Shown in pieces: positions 1 through 9,101 of a DNA stretch of 59,649 bases (positions are counted from its first letter, which is position 1; each line of letters opens with the position of its first letter). A program made the translations under genes and the position numbers. The DNA is taken from sequence record DRR723986_45297; one strand, given 5' to 3'. Under the pieces are notes generated by a model. It ran no database searches. It saw only the letters and a program-made list of their open reading frames with translations, and had not been told where the DNA came from.

Positions 1-936
1 AAACATAATATTGGCAATACCAAAACCACCAACTAAAAGCGAGAAACCACTAATAACCCAACCAATAAGATTTAAACTCGCTATTATACTATCTACAAAA
101 GATACTAATCCAGACAATTTATTAACAAAAAAATCATCGTCTTCGTCAGCTTTTAATCCTCTATAGGCTCTAAACTTTTGTTTCAGCACTTGCTCAAAAG
201 CACCAATATCTACTCCAAATTTTGGTTTAATAACCACAGCACCTGGCAAACCATTAGCGCCACCATTTCTAAATTGTCTTACGAAATTTGCAGGCACAAA
301 ACCTTTATCATCTGGAGAATCACCCAAGCCGGACCCATATTTTTTAAGTACTCCAATAACAGTAAGTTTTCTACCATATACTCTAACCACTTTTCCTAAA
401 GGATTAGCTTCACCAAATAAGTTTTCAGCCAAATTCACACCAATTACAATAACAGGTGCGCCAGTATCAGACTCTAACTCAGTGTAAAATCTTCCTTGTC
501 CCATTTTAAGGTCATCAATAACGTAAATACCATTAGATATTGGTGTTACGTCTACATTACTAACCGTCTCAGCTTGGTACCTTATTGTTTCTCTACCACC
601 AAAAATAACATATGCAGATTCTTCGATATCTGTGATATTTCGTCTAATAAATTGATAATCGTCGTAATCTGTCTGCGGAAAATTGTCACGTTTCCATCGT
701 GGAACATCTGTTGGTCCAAAAGAAAATTTAGTTAAGTAAATAGTGTTTTTATCTAAGCCAGATAAACTATCTTTTATATTTCTGTCTAAGGAATCTACAG
801 CCGCTAAAACTGCAATAATTGAAAAGATACCTACAGTTACACCAAGAAGTGACAAAAACGTACGGAGCTTATTATTTCTTAGTGCACTTAAAGCAAATGC
901 AAAACTCTCTTTAAATATGGGTAAATAAACGAGCAT
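1..936 (-). CDS. ABC transporter permease (MacB/FtsX family), runs off the left edge of the window
   Basis: Not in the ORF track because it has no stop inside the window. Reverse strand from ATG at 936 reads MLVYLPIFKESFAFALSALRNNKLRTFLSLLGVTVGIFSIIAVLAAVDS, the typical N-terminus of MacB-type permeases. Confidence 0.85.
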   Translation of the reverse strand, partial: MLVYLPIFKESFAFALSALRNNKLRTFLSLLGVTVGIFSIIAVLAAVDSLDRNIKDSLSGLDKNTIYLTKFSFGPTDVPRWKRDNFPQTDYDDYQFIRRNITDIEESAYVIFGGRETIRYQAETVSNVDVTPISNGIYVIDDLKMGQGRFYTELESDTGAPVIVIGVNLAENLFGEANPLGKVVRVYGRKLTVIGVLKKYGSGLGDSPDDKGFVPANFVRQFRNGGANGLPGAVVIKPKFGVDIGAFEQVLKQKFRAYRGLKADEDDDFFVNKLSGLVSFVDSIIASLNLIGWVISGFSLLVGGFGIANIMF

Positions 937-968
937 AGGTTAGTTAAATTATCTCAATATATGTGTTA

Positions 969-994
969 GACGTTTTCAACAATTCATTGTTACA
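969..994 (-). promoter_or_regulatory. Putative ECF-sigma promoter TGTAACA-N15-CGTC upstream of the ABC permease
   Basis: Minus strand tgtaaca-atgaattgttgaaaa-cgtc. The same boxes and spacing occur at 49288-49313 and fit the generic ECF AAC...CGT pattern. Confidence 0.5.
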
Positions 995-1046
995 AAAATC
1001 TTAAACAAACTGCTATTTATACCAAGTTTATAATTGTGATTATATG

Positions 1047-1054
1047 TATTTTTG
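1047..1054 (+). promoter_or_regulatory. Bacteroidota primary-sigma -7 element (TAnnTTTG) for purH
   Basis: tatttttg ends 27 nt before the ATG at 1081. Confidence 0.5.
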
Positions 1055-1080
1055 CCGCATCAAATTCACAACACAACATT

Positions 1081-2610
1081 ATGAGAAACAAAACCATGTC
1101 TTCCGCACTTATTTCAGTTTTTAGTAAAGAAGGACTAGCACCCATTGTAAAAAAATTAAATGACCTAAATGTAACCATCTATTCTACAGGTGGCACTGAA
1201 AAATTTATAAAGGATTTAGGAATAAATGTAGTTCCGGTGGAGGATATAACCTCTTACCCTTCAATATTAGGTGGACGTGTAAAAACGCTTCATCCAAAAG
1301 TATTTGGTGGTATCCTAAATCGTCAAAACCACGATGGTGATGTTGCTGAATTAGTAGAATTTGAAATTCCGCAAATAGATTTGGTGATTGTAGATTTATA
1401 TCCATTTGAAAAAACTGTAGCTTCAGGTGCTTCACATCAAGATATTATTGAAAAAATAGATATTGGTGGTATTTCATTAATTAGAGCTGCAGCAAAGAAT
1501 TACGCAGATGTAACATGCGTGTCTTCTGTTGATGATTATGCTGAATTTTTAGAATTACTCGAGACCAAAAATGGTGAAACCTCTGATGAAGACAGAAAAC
1601 GTTTTGCTGCAAAGGCATTTAACGTGTCTTCACATTATGATACTGCTATTTTTAATTACTTTAATCAAAATCATGAAGAGGCAGTTCTAAAAATCAGTGA
1701 AACAAATGGTAAGGTTTTACGCTACGGAGAAAACCCTCATCAAAAAGGTTTTTTCTTTGGTGATTTTGATGCTATGTTTACTAAACTTCATGGAAAAGAA
1801 TTAAGCTACAACAATTTACTAGATGTTGATGCTGCTGTGAATTTGATATTAGAATTTAAAAACGAAGACCCAACCTTTGCTATTTTAAAACATAACAATG
1901 CTTGCGGATTTGCTCAACGTAAAACCGTTCATAAGGCTTATGTAGATGCCCTAGCTGGTGATCCTGTTTCTGCATTTGGTGGAATTTTAATTAGTAATGT
2001 CGAAATAGACAAAGCCACTGCAGAAGAAATTCATAAACTATTTTGTGAAGTCGTAATTGCACCTTCATTCAGTGATGACGCCTTAGAAATTTTAAAAGGG
2101 AAAAAGAATCGCATTCTATTAATTTTAAATGATGTTGAACTGCCTAAAACTACAGTGAGAACCTGTTTAAATGGCGCGTTAGTGCAAGAACGTGATAATA
2201 AAACAGATGCTGTAGGAGATTTAAACACAGCAACTTCAAAATCACCAACTCCACAAGAAATTGAAGATTTAGTTTTTGCCTCCAAACTTTGTAAGCACAC
2301 TAAATCTAATACAATCGTATTAGCAAAGAACAAACAATTATTAGCTAGTGGCACAGGACAAACAAGCCGTGTTGATGCTCTTAACCAAGCCATTCATAAG
2401 GCAAAGTCATTTAATTTTGAGTTAGAGGGTGCTGTTATGGCGAGTGATGCATTTTTTCCATTTCCAGATTGTGTAGAAATAGCAGATAAGGCAGGAATCA
2501 CTGCTGTGATTCAACCAGGCGGTTCAATAAAAGACCAATTAAGTATTGATTATTGTAATGAAAATGATGTTGCAATGGTATTTACTGGCACACGTCATTT
2601 TAAACACTAA
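1081..2610 (+). CDS. purH: Bifunctional AICAR transformylase/IMP cyclohydrolase
   Basis: Motifs ALISV, STGGT, GRVKTLHP, IDIGG, LRYGENPHQ, KHNNACG, ASDAFFPF, QPGGS and TGTRHFKH. Start moved to the ATG at 1081. Confidence 0.98.
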   Translation: MRNKTMSSALISVFSKEGLAPIVKKLNDLNVTIYSTGGTEKFIKDLGINVVPVEDITSYPSILGGRVKTLHPKVFGGILNRQNHDGDVAELVEFEIPQIDLVIVDLYPFEKTVASGASHQDIIEKIDIGGISLIRAAAKNYADVTCVSSVDDYAEFLELLETKNGETSDEDRKRFAAKAFNVSSHYDTAIFNYFNQNHEEAVLKISETNGKVLRYGENPHQKGFFFGDFDAMFTKLHGKELSYNNLLDVDAAVNLILEFKNEDPTFAILKHNNACGFAQRKTVHKAYVDALAGDPVSAFGGILISNVEIDKATAEEIHKLFCEVVIAPSFSDDALEILKGKKNRILLILNDVELPKTTVRTCLNGALVQERDNKTDAVGDLNTATSKSPTPQEIEDLVFASKLCKHTKSNTIVLAKNKQLLASGTGQTSRVDALNQAIHKAKSFNFELEGAVMASDAFFPFPDCVEIADKAGITAVIQPGGSIKDQLSIDYCNENDVAMVFTGTRHFKH

Positions 2611-2720
2611 AAAAAATCTATCAATAAGCGTCTATAATCATTTATATTTCGTATAATTTATTACATTTACGAATAGTCATGAAAGTTGACTAGATTAACC
2701 CAAATAATTAATTACAACAC

Positions 2721-3749
2721 ATGGGATTTTTTGATTTCCTAACGGAAGAAATAGCCATAGATTTAGGAACCGCAAACACACTAATAATACACAATGACAA
2801 AGTTGTTGTTGACAACCCTTCTATAGTAGCCAGAGACCGCATAAGTGGTAAAATAATAGCTGTTGGTAAAGAAGCCAACATGATGCAAGGTAAAACCCAC
2901 GAAAACATTAAGACTATTAGACCACTTAAAGATGGTGTAATTGCAGATTTTGATGCTTCTGAGCAAATGATAAGTTTATTCATAAAGAATATACCAGCAC
3001 TAAAAAAGAAGTTTTTTAATCCGGCTCTACGCATGGTAGTTTGTATTCCTTCTGGTATTACAGAAGTAGAAATGCGAGCTGTAAAAGAATCGTGTGAGCG
3101 TGTAAATGGAAAAGAGGTTTACCTTATCCATGAGCCAATGGCAGCTGCAATTGGTATTGGTGTAGATATTATGCAACCAAAAGGAAATATGATTGTTGAT
3201 ATTGGTGGTGGTACAACTGAAATTGCAGTTATTGCCTTAGGTGGTATTGTATGTGACAAATCCGTTAAAGTAGCAGGTGATGTGTTTACTAATGACATTA
3301 TTTATTACATGCGTACACAGCACAACCTTTATGTTGGTGACAGAACCGCAGAAAAGATTAAAATTCAAATTGGTGCAGCCACTGAAGATTTAGAATTACC
3401 ACCAGAAGATATGAGCGTTCAAGGACGTGATTTATTAACTGGAAAACCGAAACAAGTTCAAATATCATATAGAGAAATCGCCAAAGCCTTAGACAAATCT
3501 ATTTTAAGAATTGAAGATTCTGTAATGGAGACATTATCTCAGACTCCACCAGAATTGGCTGCAGATATATATAACACGGGAATATATTTAGCAGGTGGTG
3601 GTTCAATGTTAAGAGGACTTGATAAGCGTCTATCTCAAAAAACTGATCTTCCAGTTTATATTGCTGAAGATCCGTTAAGAGCAGTAGTTAGAGGTACAGG
3701 TATTGTACTTAAAAACTTATCTAAATACAAAAGCGTATTGATAAAATAA
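2721..3749 (+). CDS. mreB: Rod shape-determining protein MreB
   Basis: IDLGTANT, RPLKDGVIADF, EPMAAAIG, DIGGGTTE and GGGSML actin-fold motifs. Confidence 0.98.
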   Translation: MGFFDFLTEEIAIDLGTANTLIIHNDKVVVDNPSIVARDRISGKIIAVGKEANMMQGKTHENIKTIRPLKDGVIADFDASEQMISLFIKNIPALKKKFFNPALRMVVCIPSGITEVEMRAVKESCERVNGKEVYLIHEPMAAAIGIGVDIMQPKGNMIVDIGGGTTEIAVIALGGIVCDKSVKVAGDVFTNDIIYYMRTQHNLYVGDRTAEKIKIQIGAATEDLELPPEDMSVQGRDLLTGKPKQVQISYREIAKALDKSILRIEDSVMETLSQTPPELAADIYNTGIYLAGGGSMLRGLDKRLSQKTDLPVYIAEDPLRAVVRGTGIVLKNLSKYKSVLIK

Positions 3750-3759
3750 AGCGTAAATA

Positions 3760-4581
3760 ATGCAACAAATTTTCAATTTTGTTATTAGAAACAAAACATT
3801 TCTGTTGTTTTTTCTGCTTTTTAGTGTTGCTTTAGCTTTAACAATTCAATCACATTCTTACCACAGAAGTAAATTTATTAACTCTGCCAATGGATTAACA
3901 GGTGGTGTATATGGCACCATAAATTCTATTGATAAATATTTTGATTTAGAACGAGAGAATAAAATTTTAATTGAAGAAAACCAGAAGCTTAGATCTCAAT
4001 TATATAATCAACAAAACTCTAACAATACTTTGAGTATTGACACCTCATATTCTGAAGGAAAATTTAGAGTTACTACTGCAGATGTTTATAAGAACAGTTA
4101 TTCGTTAACAAATAATTATTTAACCATAAACAAAGGCAGAAAAGATAACCTAAGACAAGATTATGGTGTCATTACTTCAAAAGGAATAATTGGTATTATT
4201 GATAATACGTCTAACAGCTATGCGACCGTTTTATCAATACTGAATAAGAAAAGTCAAATTAATGCCAAATTAAAATCAAGTAATCATATAGGTTCTTTAG
4301 TATGGAATGGAGATTCTCCTGAATTCACGCAACTCATTGATGTCTCTAAATTTGCACCTGTAAAAGTTGGTGACACTATTGTAACAGGAGGACAATCTGC
4401 GATTTTCCCAAAGGGTATTGATATAGGTACAATTGAAAGTTTTGAAGCTGATGTAAGTGGTGACACATATAATATACAAGTGAAATTATTTAATGATATG
4501 ACTAATATTGGCACCGTTTATATACTAAAAAACCTGGACCTGTCGGAAATTAAAAATCTAGAAAATCAAACCAATGAATAG
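3760..4581 (+). CDS. mreC: Rod shape-determining protein MreC
   Basis: N-terminal TM helix, coiled coil, GDTIVTGG..IFPKGI.IG motif, and position after mreB. Confidence 0.93.
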   Translation: MQQIFNFVIRNKTFLLFFLLFSVALALTIQSHSYHRSKFINSANGLTGGVYGTINSIDKYFDLERENKILIEENQKLRSQLYNQQNSNNTLSIDTSYSEGKFRVTTADVYKNSYSLTNNYLTINKGRKDNLRQDYGVITSKGIIGIIDNTSNSYATVLSILNKKSQINAKLKSSNHIGSLVWNGDSPEFTQLIDVSKFAPVKVGDTIVTGGQSAIFPKGIDIGTIESFEADVSGDTYNIQVKLFNDMTNIGTVYILKNLDLSEIKNLENQTNE

Positions 4582-5080
4582 TATTATAAGCGCCAATATT
4601 ATAAGGTTTGTTTTATTATTACTTGTACAAGTTATTATTTGTAATAACATTAATTTTTTGGGATATATTAATCCATATATCTACATCATTTTTATTTTTT
4701 TATTTCCAATAAAAGAGAACCGTTTAATTCTATTAATAGTAAGTTTTGTACTTGGAATGCTCGTAGATATGTTTTCAGACTCAGGAGGTGTGCATGCAGC
4801 AGCTGCAGTATTTCTGGCATATTATAGACCAGTACTATTAAAAACATCATTCGGAATGTTATATGAACACCAAAGTGTAAAATTTAGCAATACCGAAATT
4901 GGAAGTTTAATTACTTATGTAACCTTCGGTACACTCCTACATCATTTTATATTGTTTTCACTTGAAGTTTTTAACATTTCTAGTATACTTTTAATCTTAA
5001 AGAAGACGTTATTTTCTAGTATATTCACTATACTACTAAGTGTATTAATTATAATTTTATTCAGTCGAAATAAGAAATGA
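4574..5080 (+). CDS. mreD: Rod shape-determining protein MreD
   Basis: Hydrophobic 168 aa protein with G...D.F...G.HA, between mreC and mrdA. Confidence 0.88.
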   Translation: MNSIISANIIRFVLLLLVQVIICNNINFLGYINPYIYIIFIFLFPIKENRLILLIVSFVLGMLVDMFSDSGGVHAAAAVFLAYYRPVLLKTSFGMLYEHQSVKFSNTEIGSLITYVTFGTLLHHFILFSLEVFNISSILLILKKTLFSSIFTILLSVLIIILFSRNKK

Positions 5081-7020
5081 GAAAACTGTTACTCTTAACA
5101 ACTGTTATTATTGTTGGTATCGTTTTTATTGCACGCTTATTTTATCTACAAGTTTATAATACAAGTTCTTATAATTTGTTTGAAGATAGCGCCATTAAAC
5201 CTGAGTATAATTACCCTAAGCGTGGTTATGTCTTCGACAGAAACGGTGAATTATTAGTAGCAAATCAACCATCATATGATGTTATGGTCATTCCAAGAGA
5301 TGTTGTTACTATGGATTCAACTGAGCTTGATGAATTTTGTAAATTATTGAAGATTACAAAAGAGGACTATAATAAAAAACTAAAAAGAGCAACTAACTAT
5401 TCACCTAGACTTCCATCTCCATTTGTACCACAATTATCTAAATCAGACTATGCTGTACTTCAGGAGAAAATGCGAAAATATGAAGGATTTTATATTCAAA
5501 AGCGATCTTTAAGATCTTACCAAACAACGATTGGTGCAAATGTTTTAGGCGATATTGGTGAAGTTAATAGAGGTATTATAGCTAGGCAACCTTATTACAG
5601 AATGGGCGATCTCATTGGTAAACAAGGCGTAGAAAAAACATACGAAGAAATTCTACGCGGTGTAAAAGGAATAAAGTTTATACAAAAAGACCGTTTCAAT
5701 AAAAATATTGGTCCATACAAGGAAGGAATATACGATACTTTACCAAAGCCAGGGAAAGACATAACAATTACTATTGATGCCAAACTACAAGCATATGGTC
5801 AATTGCTAATGACCAATAAGCGTGGTGGAATAATAGCAATTGAACCAGAATCTGGTGAAATTTTGGCGATGGTTTCTGGCCCAACGTATAATCCTAATTT
5901 ATTAGTAGGACGAGACCGATCTAAAAATTTTAATAAACTTTACAAAGACAGTATTGCTAATCCTCTATTTGATAGAGGGCTACAAGCCATGTATCCGCCT
6001 GGCTCACCATTTAAAACACTTAACGCATTAATTGCACTAGAGGAAGGTGTAGTTACAACAGAAGACCGATTTAGCTGCTCTTTGGGTTATAGATATGGTA
6101 ATAGAAAAATGGGCTGTCATGTGCATAAAAGTCCTGCCAATATGAATATTGGTATTTACGAATCTTGCAACGCTTATTTTGCAAATGTTTATCGTAAAAT
6201 TATGGATAAATATGACACACCAGCGGAAGGTATGGATAACTGGAGTAAGCATATAAAAAGTTTTGGTCTGGGTAATTATCTTAATAACGACTTATCTGTG
6301 GGACAACCCGGTAAAGTACCAACTGCCGCAACTTATGATAGAGCATACGGAAAAAACAAGTGGTATACTACCTTTACACTTTCAAATGCCATTGGCCAAG
6401 GTGAAGTACTGGCAACACCAATTCAACTAGCTAATATGGCCGCAGCCATTGGTAACAGAGGCTATTATTACACACCACATATTATAAAAAATATTGAAGG
6501 AGATACCATACCTTCGAAGTTTACAACACCAAAATTTACCACAATAGACAAAAAACATTTTGAGCCAGTAGTACAAGGAATGTATGATGTTTATAATAAA
6601 GGAACTGCAAAAATGTTACAGGTTAAGGGTATTGAAATATGTGGTAAAACAGGTACTGCTGAAAATTTTGCAATAATTGATAGTACTAAAACACAACTAA
6701 CTGACCATTCTATTTTTGTTGCATTTGCACCAAAAGATAAGCCTAAAATTGCTATCGCAGTATTTGTTGAAAATGGCTATTTTGGTAGTCGTTTTGGAGG
6801 AAGAATGGCCAGTTTAATGATAGAATTTTACCTTAAAGAAAATGTGATTAGCAGAACTGATATGGAAAATTTTGTACTTAGATATTCGTTAGAACATGAG
6901 TACAACAAACCATATTCTGGAGAACCATTCGGTATCAATAGGCAAACTACCTTAGAGACTATAAGTGATGAAGAATTTCAAAAATTATTAAGACTCAAAG
7001 CAGAAATAATCAAGCCCTAA
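5077..7020 (+). CDS. mrdA: Penicillin-binding protein 2
   Basis: RG.VFDRNG, YPPGSPFK (SxxK), SCN (SxN) and KTGTAE motifs, in the mre operon. Confidence 0.96.
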   Translation: MRKLLLLTTVIIVGIVFIARLFYLQVYNTSSYNLFEDSAIKPEYNYPKRGYVFDRNGELLVANQPSYDVMVIPRDVVTMDSTELDEFCKLLKITKEDYNKKLKRATNYSPRLPSPFVPQLSKSDYAVLQEKMRKYEGFYIQKRSLRSYQTTIGANVLGDIGEVNRGIIARQPYYRMGDLIGKQGVEKTYEEILRGVKGIKFIQKDRFNKNIGPYKEGIYDTLPKPGKDITITIDAKLQAYGQLLMTNKRGGIIAIEPESGEILAMVSGPTYNPNLLVGRDRSKNFNKLYKDSIANPLFDRGLQAMYPPGSPFKTLNALIALEEGVVTTEDRFSCSLGYRYGNRKMGCHVHKSPANMNIGIYESCNAYFANVYRKIMDKYDTPAEGMDNWSKHIKSFGLGNYLNNDLSVGQPGKVPTAATYDRAYGKNKWYTTFTLSNAIGQGEVLATPIQLANMAAAIGNRGYYYTPHIIKNIEGDTIPSKFTTPKFTTIDKKHFEPVVQGMYDVYNKGTAKMLQVKGIEICGKTGTAENFAIIDSTKTQLTDHSIFVAFAPKDKPKIAIAVFVENGYFGSRFGGRMASLMIEFYLKENVISRTDMENFVLRYSLEHEYNKPYSGEPFGINRQTTLETISDEEFQKLLRLKAEIIKP

Positions 7021-7023
7021 ATT

Positions 7024-8304
7024 ATGCTAAGAGAAAACCAAAGACGATTTAAATTTGATTGGATTACAATTATTCTTTTCCTGCTATTAGTAGGTTTTGG
7101 TTATCTAAACATTTTATCGGCTTCTCATGTTGGCGAGATCACTAGCTATTTTGATATGAGCCAACCATATGGTAAGCAAACGGTATTCATTGGTTTTACA
7201 ATTTTATTAATTGTATTTATATTATCATTCGAGGCAAAGTTTTATGAACGGTTTGCCAGTATAATTTATTTAGTAGCTATATTGGCACTTATTGGTCTAT
7301 TTATATTTGGCAAGGACGTAAACGGTGCTCGCTCGTGGTATGGCATAGGAAGTATGACCATTCAACCAAGCGAATTTGCCAAATTCGCAACAGCCTTAGC
7401 TGTAGCAAAATATATTAGTGATCTCCAAACTAATATGGAAACACTAAAAGATCAAATTCGTGTTGCCGCAATTATATTTGTTCCTGCTTTACTTATCCTT
7501 TTACAAAATGATGCAGGTAGTACCATTGTGTATTTAGCTTTCTTTTTTGTCTTCTATAGAGAAGGTCTTCAACAAGTTTATTTGATTGTTGCTTTATCAC
7601 TCATTGTATTAGCAGTTCTTGGTTTAAAACTAGGAGTGTTAATAACAGCAATTATAGTTGCATTAATTTTAACTTGCCTATATCTATTGCGAAAGAAAAA
7701 GAAAGGCTCAGTTTTTCAATATTTACTGGTTTTAGTCATCTGTATAGGGTTTTCTTACGGAGTAAAATTATTCTACGAACACGTTCTAAAGCCACATCAG
7801 CAAAATCGTATAAGCTTATGGTTACGACTAGAAAAAGATCCAGCTAAGTTAGAGCGAATGAAAAAAGCTGAGGCTTATAATCTGATACAATCGGAGCAAG
7901 CTATTAGTTCAGGTGGTTGGACAGGTAAAGGATTTTTACAAGGAACCCGAACCACAGGTAAATTTGTACCCGAACAACATACAGATTACATTTTTAGCAC
8001 GGTAGGTGAAGAATGGGGATTTTGGGGGAGTAGTTTTGTAGTCGTCTTATTTGTGTCATTAATTATAAGAATTCTCTATTTGGCAGAATTACAGAAATCG
8101 CAATTTAGTAGAGTATATGGTTATGGCGTGGCATCAATCTTTTTTTTACATTTCACCATTAATACTGGGATGGTAATGGGACTAATTCCAACTGTGGGTA
8201 TTCCATTACCGTTTTTTAGCTATGGTGGTTCAGGCCTTTGGGGTTTTACAATTTTACTATTCATTTTCATTAAACTCGATAGTAACAAAATAAATGAATG
8301 GTAA
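7024..8304 (+). CDS. rodA: Rod shape-determining protein RodA (SEDS family)
   Basis: GARSW, IQPSEFAK, PEQHTDYIF, EEWGF and GIPLPFFSYGGS. Confidence 0.96.
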   Translation: MLRENQRRFKFDWITIILFLLLVGFGYLNILSASHVGEITSYFDMSQPYGKQTVFIGFTILLIVFILSFEAKFYERFASIIYLVAILALIGLFIFGKDVNGARSWYGIGSMTIQPSEFAKFATALAVAKYISDLQTNMETLKDQIRVAAIIFVPALLILLQNDAGSTIVYLAFFFVFYREGLQQVYLIVALSLIVLAVLGLKLGVLITAIIVALILTCLYLLRKKKKGSVFQYLLVLVICIGFSYGVKLFYEHVLKPHQQNRISLWLRLEKDPAKLERMKKAEAYNLIQSEQAISSGGWTGKGFLQGTRTTGKFVPEQHTDYIFSTVGEEWGFWGSSFVVVLFVSLIIRILYLAELQKSQFSRVYGYGVASIFFLHFTINTGMVMGLIPTVGIPLPFFSYGGSGLWGFTILLFIFIKLDSNKINEW

Positions 8305-8336
8305 AAAAAAGACTATCCATAACAGATAGCCTTTTT
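8303..8336 (-). terminator. Intrinsic terminator between convergent rodA and the small membrane-protein gene
   Basis: Minus strand ggctatc-tgttatg-gatagtc (one G-U pair) followed by a T-run. A T-run is also present on the plus side. Confidence 0.6.
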
Positions 8337-8358
8337 AAGACACTTATCATCATTGCTA

Positions 8359-8565
8359 TTAATCAAAATCATGCCCTACATTTATATTAAATGTTTTAGA
8401 CATAATATAAAAGAAGACACCGAACAGAGGTAAAAACAGTAACAATACTAACCATATTACTTTACTTTTAATTTTCGTCTGTGATTTCAGCACAACAATA
8501 CACAGAAGAACGATAATTAGTATATAACAACCTATGAAAAAATTTACCAATTCTGTATTTACCAA
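8359..8565 (-). CDS. Small two-TM protein, PLDc_N (cardiolipin synthase N-terminal)-like; start uncertain
   Basis: KVIWLVLLLFLPLFGVFFY matches the K..W...I...P..G...Y pattern. Confidence 0.55.
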   Translation of the reverse strand: MVNTELVNFFIGCYILIIVLLCIVVLKSQTKIKSKVIWLVLLLFLPLFGVFFYIMSKTFNINVGHDFD

Positions 8566-8588
8566 TGTTTTGGTGTCTATTTCTTTTA

Positions 8589-8644
8589 TTATATCCCAAA
8601 GACCATTAATTAACTAACTCCCTTATATTGTCTTTGGGATATAA
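8589..8644. repeat. Perfect 15-bp inverted repeat with a 26-nt spacer
   Basis: ttatatcccaaagac (8589-8603) and gtctttgggatataa (8630-8644). The spacer contains taactaactccc. Confidence 0.85.
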
Positions 8645-8663
8645 ACCATTTTGAACATTATAA

Positions 8664-8924
8664 TTATTGTCCTTGACCTAGTGAGTACCCTCTTACTCCA
8701 TCGAGAGGAGTAGTAATAGGTGCCTTTAATAAAATCTTATTTCTGCGGATAGATTCCCAGGTTTCGTCAGAAATTCCAGTAGAATTTCCGGAGGGGTAGA
8801 CCTTCTCACCTACTTCAATTTCTTCAAAAGTTAAATCTGCACCTGCTGCGTTAAGAATATTTAGAGTAGCGTCCATAATTTCTGGACCAATACCATCTCC
8901 TTTTGCTAAAGATATCTTTATCAT
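8664..8924 (-). pseudogene. icd: Truncated isocitrate dehydrogenase (N-terminal ~73 aa only)
   Basis: GDGIGPEIM...LKAPITTP followed by unrelated residues and a stop, where the family continues (..G.KSLNV..) for hundreds of residues. Confidence 0.8.
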
Positions 8925-9101
8925 AATTGAGTGTTGTTTTAATTACACTGCAAAGATGACAATGAATTCCCATATATTTTTATATATGTTTTTTATGCAA
9001 ATCATAAATAATACTTATGCTGCAGATCAAAACACCAGCATTATCAACAAAAAATAGAATTTATGATTTCTGAAAATTAGATTGTTGTTAAGAAACTTTA
9101 A

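Noticed and set aside
178..928. Three short plus-strand ORFs (178-399, 496-735, 743-928)
   Set aside because: Antisense shadows of the minus-strand ABC permease.
8589..8644. Inverted repeat interpreted as a MITE or IS end
   Set aside because: No flanking target-site duplication, no second copy and no transposase in the window. Kept only as a hairpin.
9017..9073. 18-codon plus-strand ORF as a leader or regulatory peptide
   Set aside because: No downstream co-oriented gene or attenuator structure; more likely a deletion junction.
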